DNA of 64,000 nt from an uncultured Gammaproteobacteria bacterium (GCA_964596525.1 CAZQUL010000001.1:268830-332829); one strand, 5' to 3'; positions 19,954 through 30,306 are shown, counted from the first letter of the stretch. Notes: generated by a model not told the origin, from the letters alone. Made by a program: numbers and translations.

Positions 19954-20877
19954 TCAGGGAAAAAAGCGCTGAATAAGTTCCGGGGTTACGCTGGGGCCAA
20001 GCGCAACTACAACAGCTTTAACCGACCGTGTGGTGATGTCTATATCATAATGATTGGCGGTCGCCTCGAGGTGCGCCATGGTACCGTCAACAAGCGGCAG
20101 GTATCCTTTCAGGCGGTCGGGACGGGTGGCGGCGTCGCTTAGCATGGCACGGACAGCGTCCTCTAGGGCCGCGCGCGAAGCAGCATGAGACGGATAATGA
20201 ATCGCATAACGCACTGCATGTGCCGCCGCGCGCGGCAACGCCAGGATGGCAGCCAAACGCCGCTCGACCGCGCTTGACGATGCTTCGGCCAATTTTTCCC
20301 AGGGTGCTCGACCGCGTTCTACGGCCCAGACTGACCCTGGTCCGAGCAGATTCTCAACACTATCCTGATACGTAGCCACGCGCTCCGGACCAATCTTATC
20401 GATTTTGTGCACGACAACGATATCGGAACTCAGAATATCGGCTTTTCTTTTTGCAGAAACATCTTCTACCGAAACAACCAGCGGATCGAGAACGAAAACG
20501 CTGTGCTTGAGTTCGAACTGCAGCACAAACGTGGGCGACAGATAGAGCTTGGTAAGGAGTTCGGCTGCAGAAGCGACGCCGGTGGTTTCGATGATAACAG
20601 GTTTAGCCCATTTTTTTTCGGCAATAGCGGCGAGAACTTTTTCTAAATCTTCTTCGGACGAACAGCAGACGCACCCGCCGGTAATGGCAGCGAGCTCACT
20701 GTCATGCGTATCTTCGGCCAACGTAAGCTGGTCGATATTCTCGGGCGCGAATTCATTTTCGATGATAAACGAGCCCCGGAACGGAGCGGTTTTGAGAAGT
20801 TCTTTGAGCACAGTGGTTTTGCCACTACCGAGCGTGCCGTGAAAAAGATACAAAGGAATACGCGACATACAAGACAT
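19954..20877 (-). CDS. COG0523 (CobW/ZigA-like) GTPase
   Basis: GTLGSGKTT, IIENEF, GGCVCC, IIETTG, HKID, RLKG. Confidence 0.9.
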   Translation of the reverse strand: MSCMSRIPLYLFHGTLGSGKTTVLKELLKTAPFRGSFIIENEFAPENIDQLTLAEDTHDSELAAITGGCVCCSSEEDLEKVLAAIAEKKWAKPVIIETTGVASAAELLTKLYLSPTFVLQFELKHSVFVLDPLVVSVEDVSAKRKADILSSDIVVVHKIDKIGPERVATYQDSVENLLGPGSVWAVERGRAPWEKLAEASSSAVERRLAAILALPRAAAHAVRYAIHYPSHAASRAALEDAVRAMLSDAATRPDRLKGYLPLVDGTMAHLEATANHYDIDITTRSVKAVVVALGPSVTPELIQRFFP

Positions 20878-20879
20878 GA

Positions 20880-21701
20880 TCAGGGTTTTTTCTTGAACAT
20901 AATGTACGAATTGGCCATCAATTCCGGATCATAGGGCTTAACCGTGAGCTGGATTTTGAGCGGTCCGTAATCTTTTTCCGGTACTGGCTGGTACATGAGC
21001 GTCTTAAGATCATGGGCCGTGCGGGCAAGAACAACCGCTCCCATGGGCGCTGTCCGGGCGATGCGGCGCAGAAGACGGATTTTCTCACGCTCATGTTCGC
21101 CAACAAGCGATGCGGCGACGATGACATCATAGGGCTGATAGTCGAACGTGAACGCATCGGCCTTAATGAAGCGTACTTTGGTACTATAGCCAATCGTTTT
21201 TATAAACGCACGTCCTTGGTGAAAGGCTGCTTCTTCGATCTCGAGCGTGTCGACGCGCACACCGAAATAGTCGGCCATAAGAACTGCAGTGAGGGGTAGC
21301 GGACCAGCGCCCACAAATAAACAGCGTCGGGCCGGACGCCCGCCCAAAAGAATTTTAAGATCATCGAAGCTGATGGAGGCGGTACGGGCAAAAGCTTGAT
21401 AATAGGTGTAACCGCGCAAAGCAGCGCGGCCCGAGGTTCTGGATGCGAGAATTTTTTTTGACCAGTACCATTCGGAGAGCGTTTCAATATGCGCGGAAAT
21501 GGCACGAAAGCGGGGTGCAAGGCGCTCTATGACCGGCCGCTCCAGAAGCGCGCGGACGATTTCCGGCCGGCGTTCCAAGCATACCTTCCGGAAACGAAAA
21601 AACAGGCGATCGGCAACGTGAGGCAGAGCGTCGTGCGCCGCACCAAGCTGCGCGCATAAAGAGATAAGCACACGCTCCAAACGATCGACCGCCTGTTTCA
21701 T
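20880..21701 (-). CDS. Nicotianamine synthase-like SAM-dependent enzyme
   Basis: FVGAGPLPLT, YDVIVAASLVG, EK...VLARTAHDLKTLMY match NAS-family motifs. Confidence 0.8.
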   Translation of the reverse strand: MKQAVDRLERVLISLCAQLGAAHDALPHVADRLFFRFRKVCLERRPEIVRALLERPVIERLAPRFRAISAHIETLSEWYWSKKILASRTSGRAALRGYTYYQAFARTASISFDDLKILLGGRPARRCLFVGAGPLPLTAVLMADYFGVRVDTLEIEEAAFHQGRAFIKTIGYSTKVRFIKADAFTFDYQPYDVIVAASLVGEHEREKIRLLRRIARTAPMGAVVLARTAHDLKTLMYQPVPEKDYGPLKIQLTVKPYDPELMANSYIMFKKKP

Positions 21702-21705
21702 ATAG

Positions 21706-22311
21706 TTAGTGTTCCGGAATAAACATCCCTACCGCCCAACCGACAAGAATGACGGCGCCTAACGCAATGAATTTCACCGCGGTCGGCACGCGCTTGCCAG
21801 AGTGCTTGATGATGATACCGGCTTCGATATAGGCGGTAGCAAAAAGCGCTGCCGCTGCCGCACCGGCGGCACCGACATGCACTGCTTCGGCGTAGGTCTG
21901 TGCTACCGGACCAATAAGCACGCCACCCGCAACGCCGGCAATAACGCCCAAACCGATCCGCGCCGCAAACCAGGCCCTTCCGGCCCGGCGCACTTCGCGG
22001 ACGATATGCCGCACAAAAACCAATTCGTGAGCAATGATCGCCACAACGAGTACGGGGTTTTTGAGGGCGAGCGCGGCACCCAGGAGGACCGCATCGCTCA
22101 CATGATGCATCTGCCACACGCGGTGATGGAGCGTTGGGCGCGACGGATGCTCGTGATGATCGTCATGGTCATCAGGTACGATCAAAAACGACACGACGAA
22201 AAACGTGACAGCGAAGATGAACGGATGGTGATGGGTTTCTCGCAGCAATACGCCGCCGCCAAGCGCACTTAACGCTGCAGCGCCGAAAGGAAGAAGGTAG
22301 GTGGTAAACAT
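21706..22311 (-). CDS. ZIP-family-like metal transporter (compact)
   Basis: His loop HDDHHEH; TM4-like MHHVSDAVLLG; TM5-like AIIAHE. Confidence 0.7.
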   Translation of the reverse strand: MFTTYLLPFGAAALSALGGGVLLRETHHHPFIFAVTFFVVSFLIVPDDHDDHHEHPSRPTLHHRVWQMHHVSDAVLLGAALALKNPVLVVAIIAHELVFVRHIVREVRRAGRAWFAARIGLGVIAGVAGGVLIGPVAQTYAEAVHVGAAGAAAAALFATAYIEAGIIIKHSGKRVPTAVKFIALGAVILVGWAVGMFIPEH

Positions 22312-22317
22312 GAGAAT

Positions 22318-22347
22318 ATGTTAATGCAACTGTGTTGCGTTTGTCAA
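22318..22347 (-). promoter_or_regulatory. Promoter with Zur-like palindrome in the spacer
   Basis: TTGACA (22347-22342), aaTGCAAC-tgt-GTTGCgtt (22323-22341), TAACAT -10 just before the ATG. Confidence 0.65.
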
Positions 22348-22479
22348 GAGCTGCTTAAAAACCTGAATATTACTGCATTACAAGGAGAAGGGCGGGCCTA
22401 ATCAGTCGTCTAACTTCTAGAGCGGGGTGATGATGTCTGAATACGAAAAGCTCCGTGGATGACGGAGCTTAGGAGAAAT

Positions 22480-22890
22480 CTATGCAGCCCGGTTAAAGAG
22501 CGGTGAGAGAATTTGGTTGAACGCCGGCTCCTCGCGCGCCAGCATAAAATAGAGCTGGGTATCCCTGATGTCGCGGACGATGCGCTCGAAAATACGCTCC
22601 CGCTCAATTTCGAAATCCGGCCGGAACAAATACGTCCAGAGCGCCCAGTTGGCCACAAGGGCAAACAGGAAGCCGGCCGCGAAAGCGAGCGCGAGCGAGC
22701 AGCTCTTGGCAAACATGATGACGAACAGGAACGGCATGGTGACCACCGCGACGATGCCGTATATGCGGGGCCATGCCCACAGAGCGCACACCGTACTTAG
22801 CGAGTGGTAGAGTGAAAAGGCTGCTTCCCGATCTTCCGGAGGCAGCCGCTCAAGGCGGGGCAACGTTTTTTCCGGGTGTAAATAAAGCAT
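22480..22890 (-). CDS. Hypothetical 2-TM membrane protein
   Basis: GGAGGT SD before ATG at 22890. Confidence 0.6.
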   Translation of the reverse strand: MLYLHPEKTLPRLERLPPEDREAAFSLYHSLSTVCALWAWPRIYGIVAVVTMPFLFVIMFAKSCSLALAFAAGFLFALVANWALWTYLFRPDFEIERERIFERIVRDIRDTQLYFMLAREEPAFNQILSPLFNRAA

Positions 22891-23058
22891 TAGACACCTC
22901 CGCTCATAGTGTGCTCTTTTCACCAAACCGCGACAACCCCGGAGTGCATAATCGCGCAGTTATCCACCCATCGAACGGTGCTCTCAGGGGGCATGTTATG
23001 ATGTAAGGGACATAGAGAGCACTTGAAAGCGGTTCAGTTTATCCTTAACGATTTTCAT

Positions 23059-23328
23059 ATGGCCCTCTTTTCCGCCGAACCACGTTTTTCGCAGAACGAA
23101 AAAATGGTCAGCCGCCAAGAGCTTGCTACGACCATCAACAAACTCACCGAAATCCCGATTAAAAAAAGAGAAGCCGTGCTCGCCGCACTTCTTGAAAAAC
23201 GCGGCGCTGATGCTGACATTTCACTGCAACAGACTCACGAAACGCTTAAGAGCCTGGTCGCGAACCGCATCATTCTTAAAGGAGAACGAGAGAAAATTTT
23301 TACTCTCGTTCAAACGTTATTCGTATAA
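23059..23328 (+). CDS. Small hypothetical protein
   Basis: Native codon style; 5 nt upstream of the flippase. Confidence 0.6.
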   Translation: MALFSAEPRFSQNEKMVSRQELATTINKLTEIPIKKREAVLAALLEKRGADADISLQQTHETLKSLVANRIILKGEREKIFTLVQTLFV

Positions 23329-23333
23329 ATCGT

Positions 23334-24797
23334 GTGCACCTCCCCTCTTGGCAACGCGTCGCTCGCGTCGCTTCTTGGCAAGTACTCGGAAAACTTCTGA
23401 GCACTGTTTTTGGTTTCGTAGCTACGCTTTTGTTGCTGCGATTTTTGGGTGCCGAACGTACTGGTTGGTACACTATTGCGGCCGGATATCTGCAGTTTTT
23501 CGGTATCGCAAGCGATGCCGGATTCATCCTCGTTACGAACGTCATGTTGAGCGAAGCGCGTTTTGCGGCCGACAAAATCTTTGACACTCTCTTTACCTGG
23601 CGGCTTGTCTCGGCCGTGACTACGCAAGCCGTGGCATGCGCTATTTTTTTCATTCTCGGTTATCGCTCCGAAATTTCGTGGGCAGTTGTCATTTTAAGCA
23701 TTTCATTTTTGGCAGCGCAAATAAACCAAGTACTCTGGGGTTACTACCAGGCGCGGGTAGAGAGTCATATTCCGATTATTGCCGAAACCATCGGCCGGGC
23801 GGCACTTGTTATCGGACTTCTCCTTCTCAGGCCGTTTCCCCAGGCATTCATACCGTTCATGACGGTCATTACGCTCGCCGCTCTCATCAATACCAGCATC
23901 TTGCTTTTCCGCCATGGCACCATAAAATTACGCGTCGACCGCGATGTTTCGCGCGCCATGTGGCACAAGATGTGGCCAACCGCGGTGAGCGTCATGTGCA
24001 ATGCTGTGTACTTACAGGGCGACAAAATCATCTTGCCGCGGTTTGAACCGAGCACGGTCGTCGTGGGGTGGTACGGCGCGGCGTACCGTATCATCGATAT
24101 CGTCACTCAGCTCGGCGCCATGCTTATGGGCACGTTTTTACCGCTTCTTACCCGCACATTCAATGACCGCGCCGCTTTCACTAAGCACCTGCATTTCGCC
24201 ATAACGGGTATGGCGCTCTTGTTGTTTCCGGCACTCGGCGGCCTAGTGATGCTCGCCGAACCGATCGCCCGTTTCGTAGGGCCAGAATTTGCTGGCGCAG
24301 CGCCCCTCATCCGGCTTCTCGCTTTCACTATCGGCGGCATCTGGCTCGGTATGATTTTCGGCCACGTGGCACTTTCGGGCGGGCGACAGAAAGAAGCGAT
24401 GGGTATTTTTGCACTCGTCGGACTTGTTGGTCTAATCGGTTATTTGCTTTTTATCCCGTCATACCATGCGAACGGCGCGGCCGGCGTAAGCATTGCCACC
24501 GAATGGCTCGCCGGGCTTGGGCTTCTTGCCGTGTGCGCTCGGTATATGCCCATCTCTCTCCCCTTTGCCACGCTCAGCAAAATCATTTTTGCTACGTTTA
24601 TAATGTGCTTGGCGCTGGCGTATGCACGGCAACTACCACTCTACGTTTCACTTGCAGGAGGAATCGTGGTGTATGCCGGTGTCACCGTGGCGCTACGCAT
24701 CGTCCCTTGGACAACGCTTAAGACGTTTTTCTCGCCCACCGCTTTCACGCTGACAAAAAGCCCGCTGGCAGGCAGCGGGGAGGAACGGGATGTTTAG
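23334..24797 (+). CDS. Polysaccharide flippase (Wzx/MOP family)
   Basis: ~12-14 TMs; RFLGAERTGWY, DKIIL, VGWYGAAYRI, GAAGVS. Confidence 0.85.
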   Translation: MHLPSWQRVARVASWQVLGKLLSTVFGFVATLLLLRFLGAERTGWYTIAAGYLQFFGIASDAGFILVTNVMLSEARFAADKIFDTLFTWRLVSAVTTQAVACAIFFILGYRSEISWAVVILSISFLAAQINQVLWGYYQARVESHIPIIAETIGRAALVIGLLLLRPFPQAFIPFMTVITLAALINTSILLFRHGTIKLRVDRDVSRAMWHKMWPTAVSVMCNAVYLQGDKIILPRFEPSTVVVGWYGAAYRIIDIVTQLGAMLMGTFLPLLTRTFNDRAAFTKHLHFAITGMALLLFPALGGLVMLAEPIARFVGPEFAGAAPLIRLLAFTIGGIWLGMIFGHVALSGGRQKEAMGIFALVGLVGLIGYLLFIPSYHANGAAGVSIATEWLAGLGLLAVCARYMPISLPFATLSKIIFATFIMCLALAYARQLPLYVSLAGGIVVYAGVTVALRIVPWTTLKTFFSPTAFTLTKSPLAGSGEERDV

Positions 24798-24799
24798 GC

Positions 24800-25456
24800 C
24801 TAGCGGCAGATACCAGAGAGATCGGTTGCCTTTATGATATTAACAGCAGCGAAGAACATCATTTTGAGAGCAACCGCAAAGCTCAAAAGACCGGTGATAC
24901 GGTTGATGAGCTTGAAGCCTGCAGTCCCGAGACGCCGTGCAATCGGATCGGCGAAACAGAGGAGGGCGTAGACCGTAACGGAAAGAGCGAAGAGCACTGC
25001 CACCAGATGAACAACGCTCCACCAGGTAGTCTGCTCTACCATGATTTTGCTCATGGTCGCCGGGCCGATGAGGAGCGGCATGGCAAGCGGCACCATAGCA
25101 ATCGAGGTTCTTTGGGCGGCTTCTTTGTCTTCTTCCTCCGTATGCTTAAAGCTCCCAGGATCGCCCGAGCCGAGCTTCCAAGCAAGAGACGCTACGTAAA
25201 CTCCACCGGCCAGGCTCAAAAAATCTAAACTGATCTTAAAGAGATGCAGGAGCGGCTGGCCGACGATCATCGTGGAAACGCCGATGATAAAAAACCACAG
25301 AGCGGTTTTTTTGACGATTACCTTCCTTTCTTCCACGGAACGTTCTTGCGTTATCCCTAGATAAATGGGTATGACGCCAAAGGGCCCCACGAGGGTGAAA
25401 AGTTCGCTATAGAGTTTAACCACGTGGCTAACGTGCGGTACTACCGGTTCGAACAT
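24800..25456 (-). CDS. marC: MarC-family membrane protein
   Basis: PFGVIPIY, VPLAMPLLIGPA, RITGLL; start at 25456 after GGGAG. Confidence 0.88.
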   Translation of the reverse strand: MFEPVVPHVSHVVKLYSELFTLVGPFGVIPIYLGITQERSVEERKVIVKKTALWFFIIGVSTMIVGQPLLHLFKISLDFLSLAGGVYVASLAWKLGSGDPGSFKHTEEEDKEAAQRTSIAMVPLAMPLLIGPATMSKIMVEQTTWWSVVHLVAVLFALSVTVYALLCFADPIARRLGTAGFKLINRITGLLSFAVALKMMFFAAVNIIKATDLSGICR

Positions 25457-25548
25457 TGTACTCCCCTGTGGATCGTTACGCTTGTGGGGTAACACGAGCG
25501 CACATAAAAGTAAAGTATGAATTAAAAAATCCGCGGCGAGCGCGGATT

Positions 25549-26286
25549 CTAACGAGCTTGAGAAGAAGGAATGCAGACTCGGCCAATACCGTTGGCCTCA
25601 TCGGGAAACGGGGTCGCCGTCAAAACCGATCCCGGATTGCGACACGCCAGAAAACGCTCCAGAGTGACATCCGAACCTCCAACTTCAGGATCCATGGTCT
25701 CGCAGGCCACCCGGTGTACCTTCCGACCGAGCTTTGCTTCATATCGGCTGCGCCGATCAGTCGGAGACGGGATTGGCGGAAGATCGGTCACTATCTCCTC
25801 CTCTGCGCAGACAACGGCGTACGGCTGATTATCTGCCAGCAAGCGCAGGTTGGAAGGAAACTGCCCGCGCACATTCGCCGTCCGCTGCGCCGAGCGTACC
25901 TTCTGCGGCTCGCGCTCCAGGCACATGAGCGCCGTCTTTCTATGATCGTTCGAGGTAGAGAGCTGAAAAATAGTCCCCCGCCGACAAACGATTTCCGTCG
26001 TGCTCACGACAACCTTGGAGGGCACAGCCGCGGGCATAGCTTCTGCGACCACCATGCCGGCAGAGGGAGCAACTCCCAAACACGTAATCGTCAGGCGGGA
26101 AAAACCAAGCCGCCGCAGGTCAAAGTCGCCGTCAAAGTCGACTTCTTCACCCGGGCGGCAAACGTGCGTCGAAATATCCTTCGATGGGGCGAGGAAGTAG
26201 CGGGTAATCTGTTCATCCGCCCGCACACCGTCTGTCATTGAAACGAAGAACACAGCTGCCAAAGCAGCGATCCGTGCCAGGTTCAT
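25549..26286 (-). CDS. Hypothetical secreted Cys-containing protein
   Basis: Signal peptide ending VRA; TAAGGAGG SD. Confidence 0.65.
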   Translation of the reverse strand: MNLARIAALAAVFFVSMTDGVRADEQITRYFLAPSKDISTHVCRPGEEVDFDGDFDLRRLGFSRLTITCLGVAPSAGMVVAEAMPAAVPSKVVVSTTEIVCRRGTIFQLSTSNDHRKTALMCLEREPQKVRSAQRTANVRGQFPSNLRLLADNQPYAVVCAEEEIVTDLPPIPSPTDRRSRYEAKLGRKVHRVACETMDPEVGGSDVTLERFLACRNPGSVLTATPFPDEANGIGRVCIPSSQAR

Positions 26287-26511
26287 GGGGGCCTCCTTAC
26301 CTATGCACATGACAAAGTGATGTACTTTAGGTTATTTAGGACCCTAATCTATTTTTAAAACCTTGTCAATAATTTATTGTGATAGGTTGATTATTTTTCC
26401 TCTCGGAAAAGATTTTGCATACCGAAGGGGTGCTATTTTTTTATTGACAGGCGGTGAAAAACATGAAACCATGAGGTAGTTCCCTACGGGAAACTTATTT
26501 TTATAGTTCGT

Positions 26512-27807
26512 ATGTCCTACACTTTTACGCGCGACCCTGGCTCCGTCATCACCTTCACCATCACCGTTCCTCCGGCCGAATACCAGACCGATCTAGAAAA
26601 AGCCGCCACCCGTATTGCTGAACGTACCACGATTCCGGGTTTTCGCCCGGGTAAGGCCCCGTTTTCGGTCGTGCGCCAGCAGGTTGGTGACATCCGCTTG
26701 CTCGAAGAAGCGCTCCAAACCATCGTTGAAAAAAATTTCTTTTCGGCTGTCAAAACCGAAAATCTCGAAACCGTCGGCATGCCAGAAGTGACCATCCAAA
26801 AAATCGCGCCACGCAACGACGTGGTGTTTACCGCCAAAGTAGCGCTTTTGCCGGGCGTTAAACTCCCCAAACTCGATAGCATCAAAGTAGAGCGCAAAAC
26901 AATTTCGGTTTCTAAAGAAGAAGTCGATGCGGTGGTAGAAAACGTGCGCAAGATGCACGCCAAAGAAGTGGCCAAAGACGGCGCCTCAACCGCAGCCGAC
27001 AAACTTGTCGTCACACTCGACATGTTCATCGACAACGTCGCCATCGAAGGCGGTCATGCTGATAATCACCAGATCTATTTGAGTGAACCGCACTACGTGC
27101 CGGGCCTCGCCGAACAACTCGTCGGCCTCAAAAAAGGCGAACAGAAAGAATTCCGGTTGGCTTTCCCTAAAGACAATTACCAGAAAAATCTGGCCGGCAA
27201 GGATGTGGATTTCAAAGTCAAAGTGAATGATGTTTTTGAACTTCAGTACCCCGAAGTCAACGACGAATTCGCCGAAAAACTCGGCCAGAAAAACCTTACC
27301 GAGCTGCGCGATCTCCTTACCAAAAACATCTCGACCGAAAACGAAAAACGCGAAGATCAGCGCGTTGAAGCCGCCATTCTTGAAGCCATCGTGGAAAAAA
27401 CCACCTTCGATGAAATTCCCGACATTATCATCACCGCCGAAAAACAAAAGATGTTCTATGAACTCAAACGCGATATCGAAGAACGCGGATTGAGCTTTGA
27501 CGAATATCTCGCCAACCTCAAAAAAACGGAACAAGAAATCTTCAATGATTTTAAAGACGGGGCCATGAAACGCGCCAAAGCCGCGCTGATTTCGCGTGCC
27601 ATTGCCAAAGAGCAGAACATCGCGGTCGAACAAGACGAACTCGATAAAGAAATCGAACTCATTCGGCAAAGCTACCCCAACAACCCGCAAGTAGAAGAAA
27701 ATCTCAAACGTCACGAGGTCATCGATACGCTCGCAGCCGCTATTCAGAACCGCAAGGTGATGAGCTACCTCAAAGAAGCCATCCTCGGTACTAAAAAATC
27801 AGCCTAA
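26512..27807 (+). CDS. tig: Trigger factor
   Basis: IPGFRPGKAP signature; FKBP-like domain FPKDNYQKNLAGK. Confidence 0.96.
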   Translation: MSYTFTRDPGSVITFTITVPPAEYQTDLEKAATRIAERTTIPGFRPGKAPFSVVRQQVGDIRLLEEALQTIVEKNFFSAVKTENLETVGMPEVTIQKIAPRNDVVFTAKVALLPGVKLPKLDSIKVERKTISVSKEEVDAVVENVRKMHAKEVAKDGASTAADKLVVTLDMFIDNVAIEGGHADNHQIYLSEPHYVPGLAEQLVGLKKGEQKEFRLAFPKDNYQKNLAGKDVDFKVKVNDVFELQYPEVNDEFAEKLGQKNLTELRDLLTKNISTENEKREDQRVEAAILEAIVEKTTFDEIPDIIITAEKQKMFYELKRDIEERGLSFDEYLANLKKTEQEIFNDFKDGAMKRAKAALISRAIAKEQNIAVEQDELDKEIELIRQSYPNNPQVEENLKRHEVIDTLAAAIQNRKVMSYLKEAILGTKKSA

Positions 27808-27895
27808 CGGCTGGTTTTTTGGCTTCAATAAACCTGATAATCGCGCAAACTAAAACGCCCCTCAGGGCGTCGAGTATAAAAGGTTGTTGGGGCGA

Positions 27896-28594
27896 TTACT
27901 TTGCTGGGGTGCAGGGCATCCCGGGCACAGCCTCGTAACGCTCGGCATCCGGTCCGTCAACGGCGAGCGTTACGGCAAAACGCGCATCCTTGCCGATCTC
28001 GTAGATAATCTTGTTCATGATGGTGAGTCCGGGGACCGGGAACCAGGCTTCACAGCGGCGCTCGGGATAGCTGTAATGAAATGTGACCTTCGGAGCCGCC
28101 GAGGGATTATCGATCTGCAGGGCCGTAACCTCACCGGTGGCTTTATTTCGCAGCGGGCACCAGAACTTCTGGTATTCGTACGGCCCGCCGTAGCGGCGCG
28201 TAAGCTCAGCGTGGCAGCCGGACGCCGCAAAGAACGTCCGCTGTTCACAGCGCGCTGTCCGAAAAGCAGTACGGCTGCGCGAGTACTTTTCGACAGTCAC
28301 TGAGCCGTCGGTACGCAGACCCAGTTCGTAAAAAGTGTCTTCACCGCACTGGAGCTCCACGGCGCAACGCCGATTCGCGACGATCTCCTCGCGTATGTTA
28401 CAATCGTAGGGCTCGGCGCGGTCATCGAAAAAGCAGGCGGTCATGCCGCGCGGACCCGGATCCAGCGGACCATCGGTCCAGGATGCGATGGTTTGGGAGC
28501 AGCGCTCTTCATCGAGATACGGTGCTGGCGGCTGGACACCGCACGCACTCAACCCCATAACTCCAAAATAAAGAACAACGATCTTTCGTTTCAT
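27896..28594 (-). CDS. Hypothetical Cys-rich lipoprotein
   Basis: Lipobox LSAC; AGGAGG SD. Confidence 0.7.
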   Translation of the reverse strand: MKRKIVVLYFGVMGLSACGVQPPAPYLDEERCSQTIASWTDGPLDPGPRGMTACFFDDRAEPYDCNIREEIVANRRCAVELQCGEDTFYELGLRTDGSVTVEKYSRSRTAFRTARCEQRTFFAASGCHAELTRRYGGPYEYQKFWCPLRNKATGEVTALQIDNPSAAPKVTFHYSYPERRCEAWFPVPGLTIMNKIIYEIGKDARFAVTLAVDGPDAERYEAVPGMPCTPAK

Positions 28595-28678
28595 GTCGGT
28601 TCCTCCTGGCACATGGGCCGCGCGGATTTTATCAAAATTTTATCTCGAAATCAAGCCTTTTGTGGGATTGTAAAAACC

Positions 28679-28785
28679 CATCATTGCGAGGAGGTACGAC
28701 GAAGCAATCCCTCGGTAATTCAGAGCTCACTCTTCTATCAAGGAGATTGCTTCGTCGCTCGTCTAACTCGCTCCTCGCAATGACG
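28679..28785. repeat. Palindromic REP/RPE-like element, copy 1
   Basis: TCATTGCGAGGAG...GAAGCAATC...GATTGCTTC...CTCCTCGCAATGAC. Confidence 0.8.
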
Positions 28786-28823
28786 ATATTTCTGCTTACT
28801 TATAAGTTTTACCAGCATTATCT

Positions 28824-29663
28824 ATGCTCTTCGGCGCTCATGTTTCCATTGCCGGCGGCCTTCCGAACGCTCCTCTCAACGCGGCCAAAATCGGCTGCGA
28901 AGTATTCCAAATGTTCACGCGCTCGCCCCAGGGCGGACCAGTCAAACCGATCGATGCCACGACAGCCGAGCAGTTCAAAGCGCTCTGCACCGAACATGGA
29001 TTTAAGGAATGGTACGTGCACGCACCCTACATCATCAATTTCGCCTCCGCCAATCCGCGCACGCGTCACGGTTCGATTTCAATTGTCCGCGGCGAACTGG
29101 AACGCTCCTCGCTGATCGGCGCAAAATACGTTATGTTCCATATCGGCAGCTACAAAGATCTTGGCGAAAATGAAGGTTTTGAAACGGTCGTGAACGGCAT
29201 CGCCGATGTGCTCGATGGCTACAATGGCTCAACCCAGCTTCTTATCGAGAATTCGGCCGGCGCCGGCGAGGTGGTCGGCGATACGTTCGAAGAAATCGCG
29301 GAAATTATGGATCACCCGAAACTGAAAAAATACGACATCGGCGTGTGTCTTGATACCGAACATGCCTTTGCAAGCGGATATGATTTACGTACCGCAGCCG
29401 ACGTCAAAAAAACATTCGATGCTTTCGACAAAACGATCGGCTTAAAACGCCTCAAGATGTTCCATTGCAACGATTCTAAAATCGAGCTCGGTGGCAAAAA
29501 AGACCGCCACGAACACATCGGCGACGGATTCATCGGGGTTGAAGGGTTCAAAGCCATATTCGCTGATAAACGATTGAAAGATTTCTCGTTCATCGCCGAA
29601 ACCGAACACGATAAGATTGTCGAAGATTTGGCACTCCTCAAAAAATTGCGGGAAACAAAATGA
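28824..29663 (+). CDS. nfo: Endonuclease IV
   Basis: GAHVSIAGG, HAPYIIN, IENSAG, CLDTEH, HCNDSK, DRHEHIG. Confidence 0.95.
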   Translation: MLFGAHVSIAGGLPNAPLNAAKIGCEVFQMFTRSPQGGPVKPIDATTAEQFKALCTEHGFKEWYVHAPYIINFASANPRTRHGSISIVRGELERSSLIGAKYVMFHIGSYKDLGENEGFETVVNGIADVLDGYNGSTQLLIENSAGAGEVVGDTFEEIAEIMDHPKLKKYDIGVCLDTEHAFASGYDLRTAADVKKTFDAFDKTIGLKRLKMFHCNDSKIELGGKKDRHEHIGDGFIGVEGFKAIFADKRLKDFSFIAETEHDKIVEDLALLKKLRETK

Positions 29664-29692
29664 CCTTCCTGCCTGGAAGGTCGATTGCTGCG

Positions 29693-29974
29693 CTACAGAG
29701 CGAGTACGGCCCGCATAATGCCGTAGATGGCGATGAGGGCCCACACGGTATTGAGCGCCACCGGCTGCCAGTTGCGCTTGGGGTAACTCGTTGCCACAAT
29801 GCCCAACGCGCCAAAAAAATTGAGCAGTCCGTACGCCAACGATGTGACCGGTAAAAGTCCGGTGGTGTTGGCAAAGTACGCCCCGATGATGAGTGCTACA
29901 GCTATCCATCCGGCCGTATCGAGCCAAAAATACTTTTTACGCTGCGCTTCATTCGATTCTGCTGTTTCTTCCAT
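29693..29974 (-). CDS. CBU_0592-like small membrane protein
   Basis: GWIAVALIIGAY, LLNFFGALG, LNTVWALIA. Confidence 0.7.
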   Translation of the reverse strand: MEETAESNEAQRKKYFWLDTAGWIAVALIIGAYFANTTGLLPVTSLAYGLLNFFGALGIVATSYPKRNWQPVALNTVWALIAIYGIMRAVLAL

Positions 29975-30027
29975 GAAACTCTCCTAAACCAGTTCTTTTC
30001 TTCCTCGCCTAGTATATAGATTTGGCT

Positions 30028-30246
30028 ATGCTCATCAAGATCCGACTTATCCCCGGCGCGCATGAAAACGCGGTCACACCCCAAGCTGATGGCAGCCTCG
30101 TGGTACACACTCGCGCCCGACCGATCGAAAACGCCGCCAACACCGCCCTCACCCAGCTTCTCTGCGAATATTACGACATTCCCAAAAGCCGCATCACTCT
30201 GCGTCGCGGAGCACGTAGTCGGTATAAAGTAGTGGAAATACTTTAA
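30028..30246 (+). CDS. DUF167 (YggU-like) protein
   Basis: ARPIENAAN...GARSRYK. Confidence 0.85.
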   Translation: MLIKIRLIPGAHENAVTPQADGSLVVHTRARPIENAANTALTQLLCEYYDIPKSRITLRRGARSRYKVVEIL

Positions 30247-30306
30247 AATCTAAAAAATTAAAACCGCTCAATCCACAATAGATCAAGCGGCAGATTACCT
30301 GCTGGT

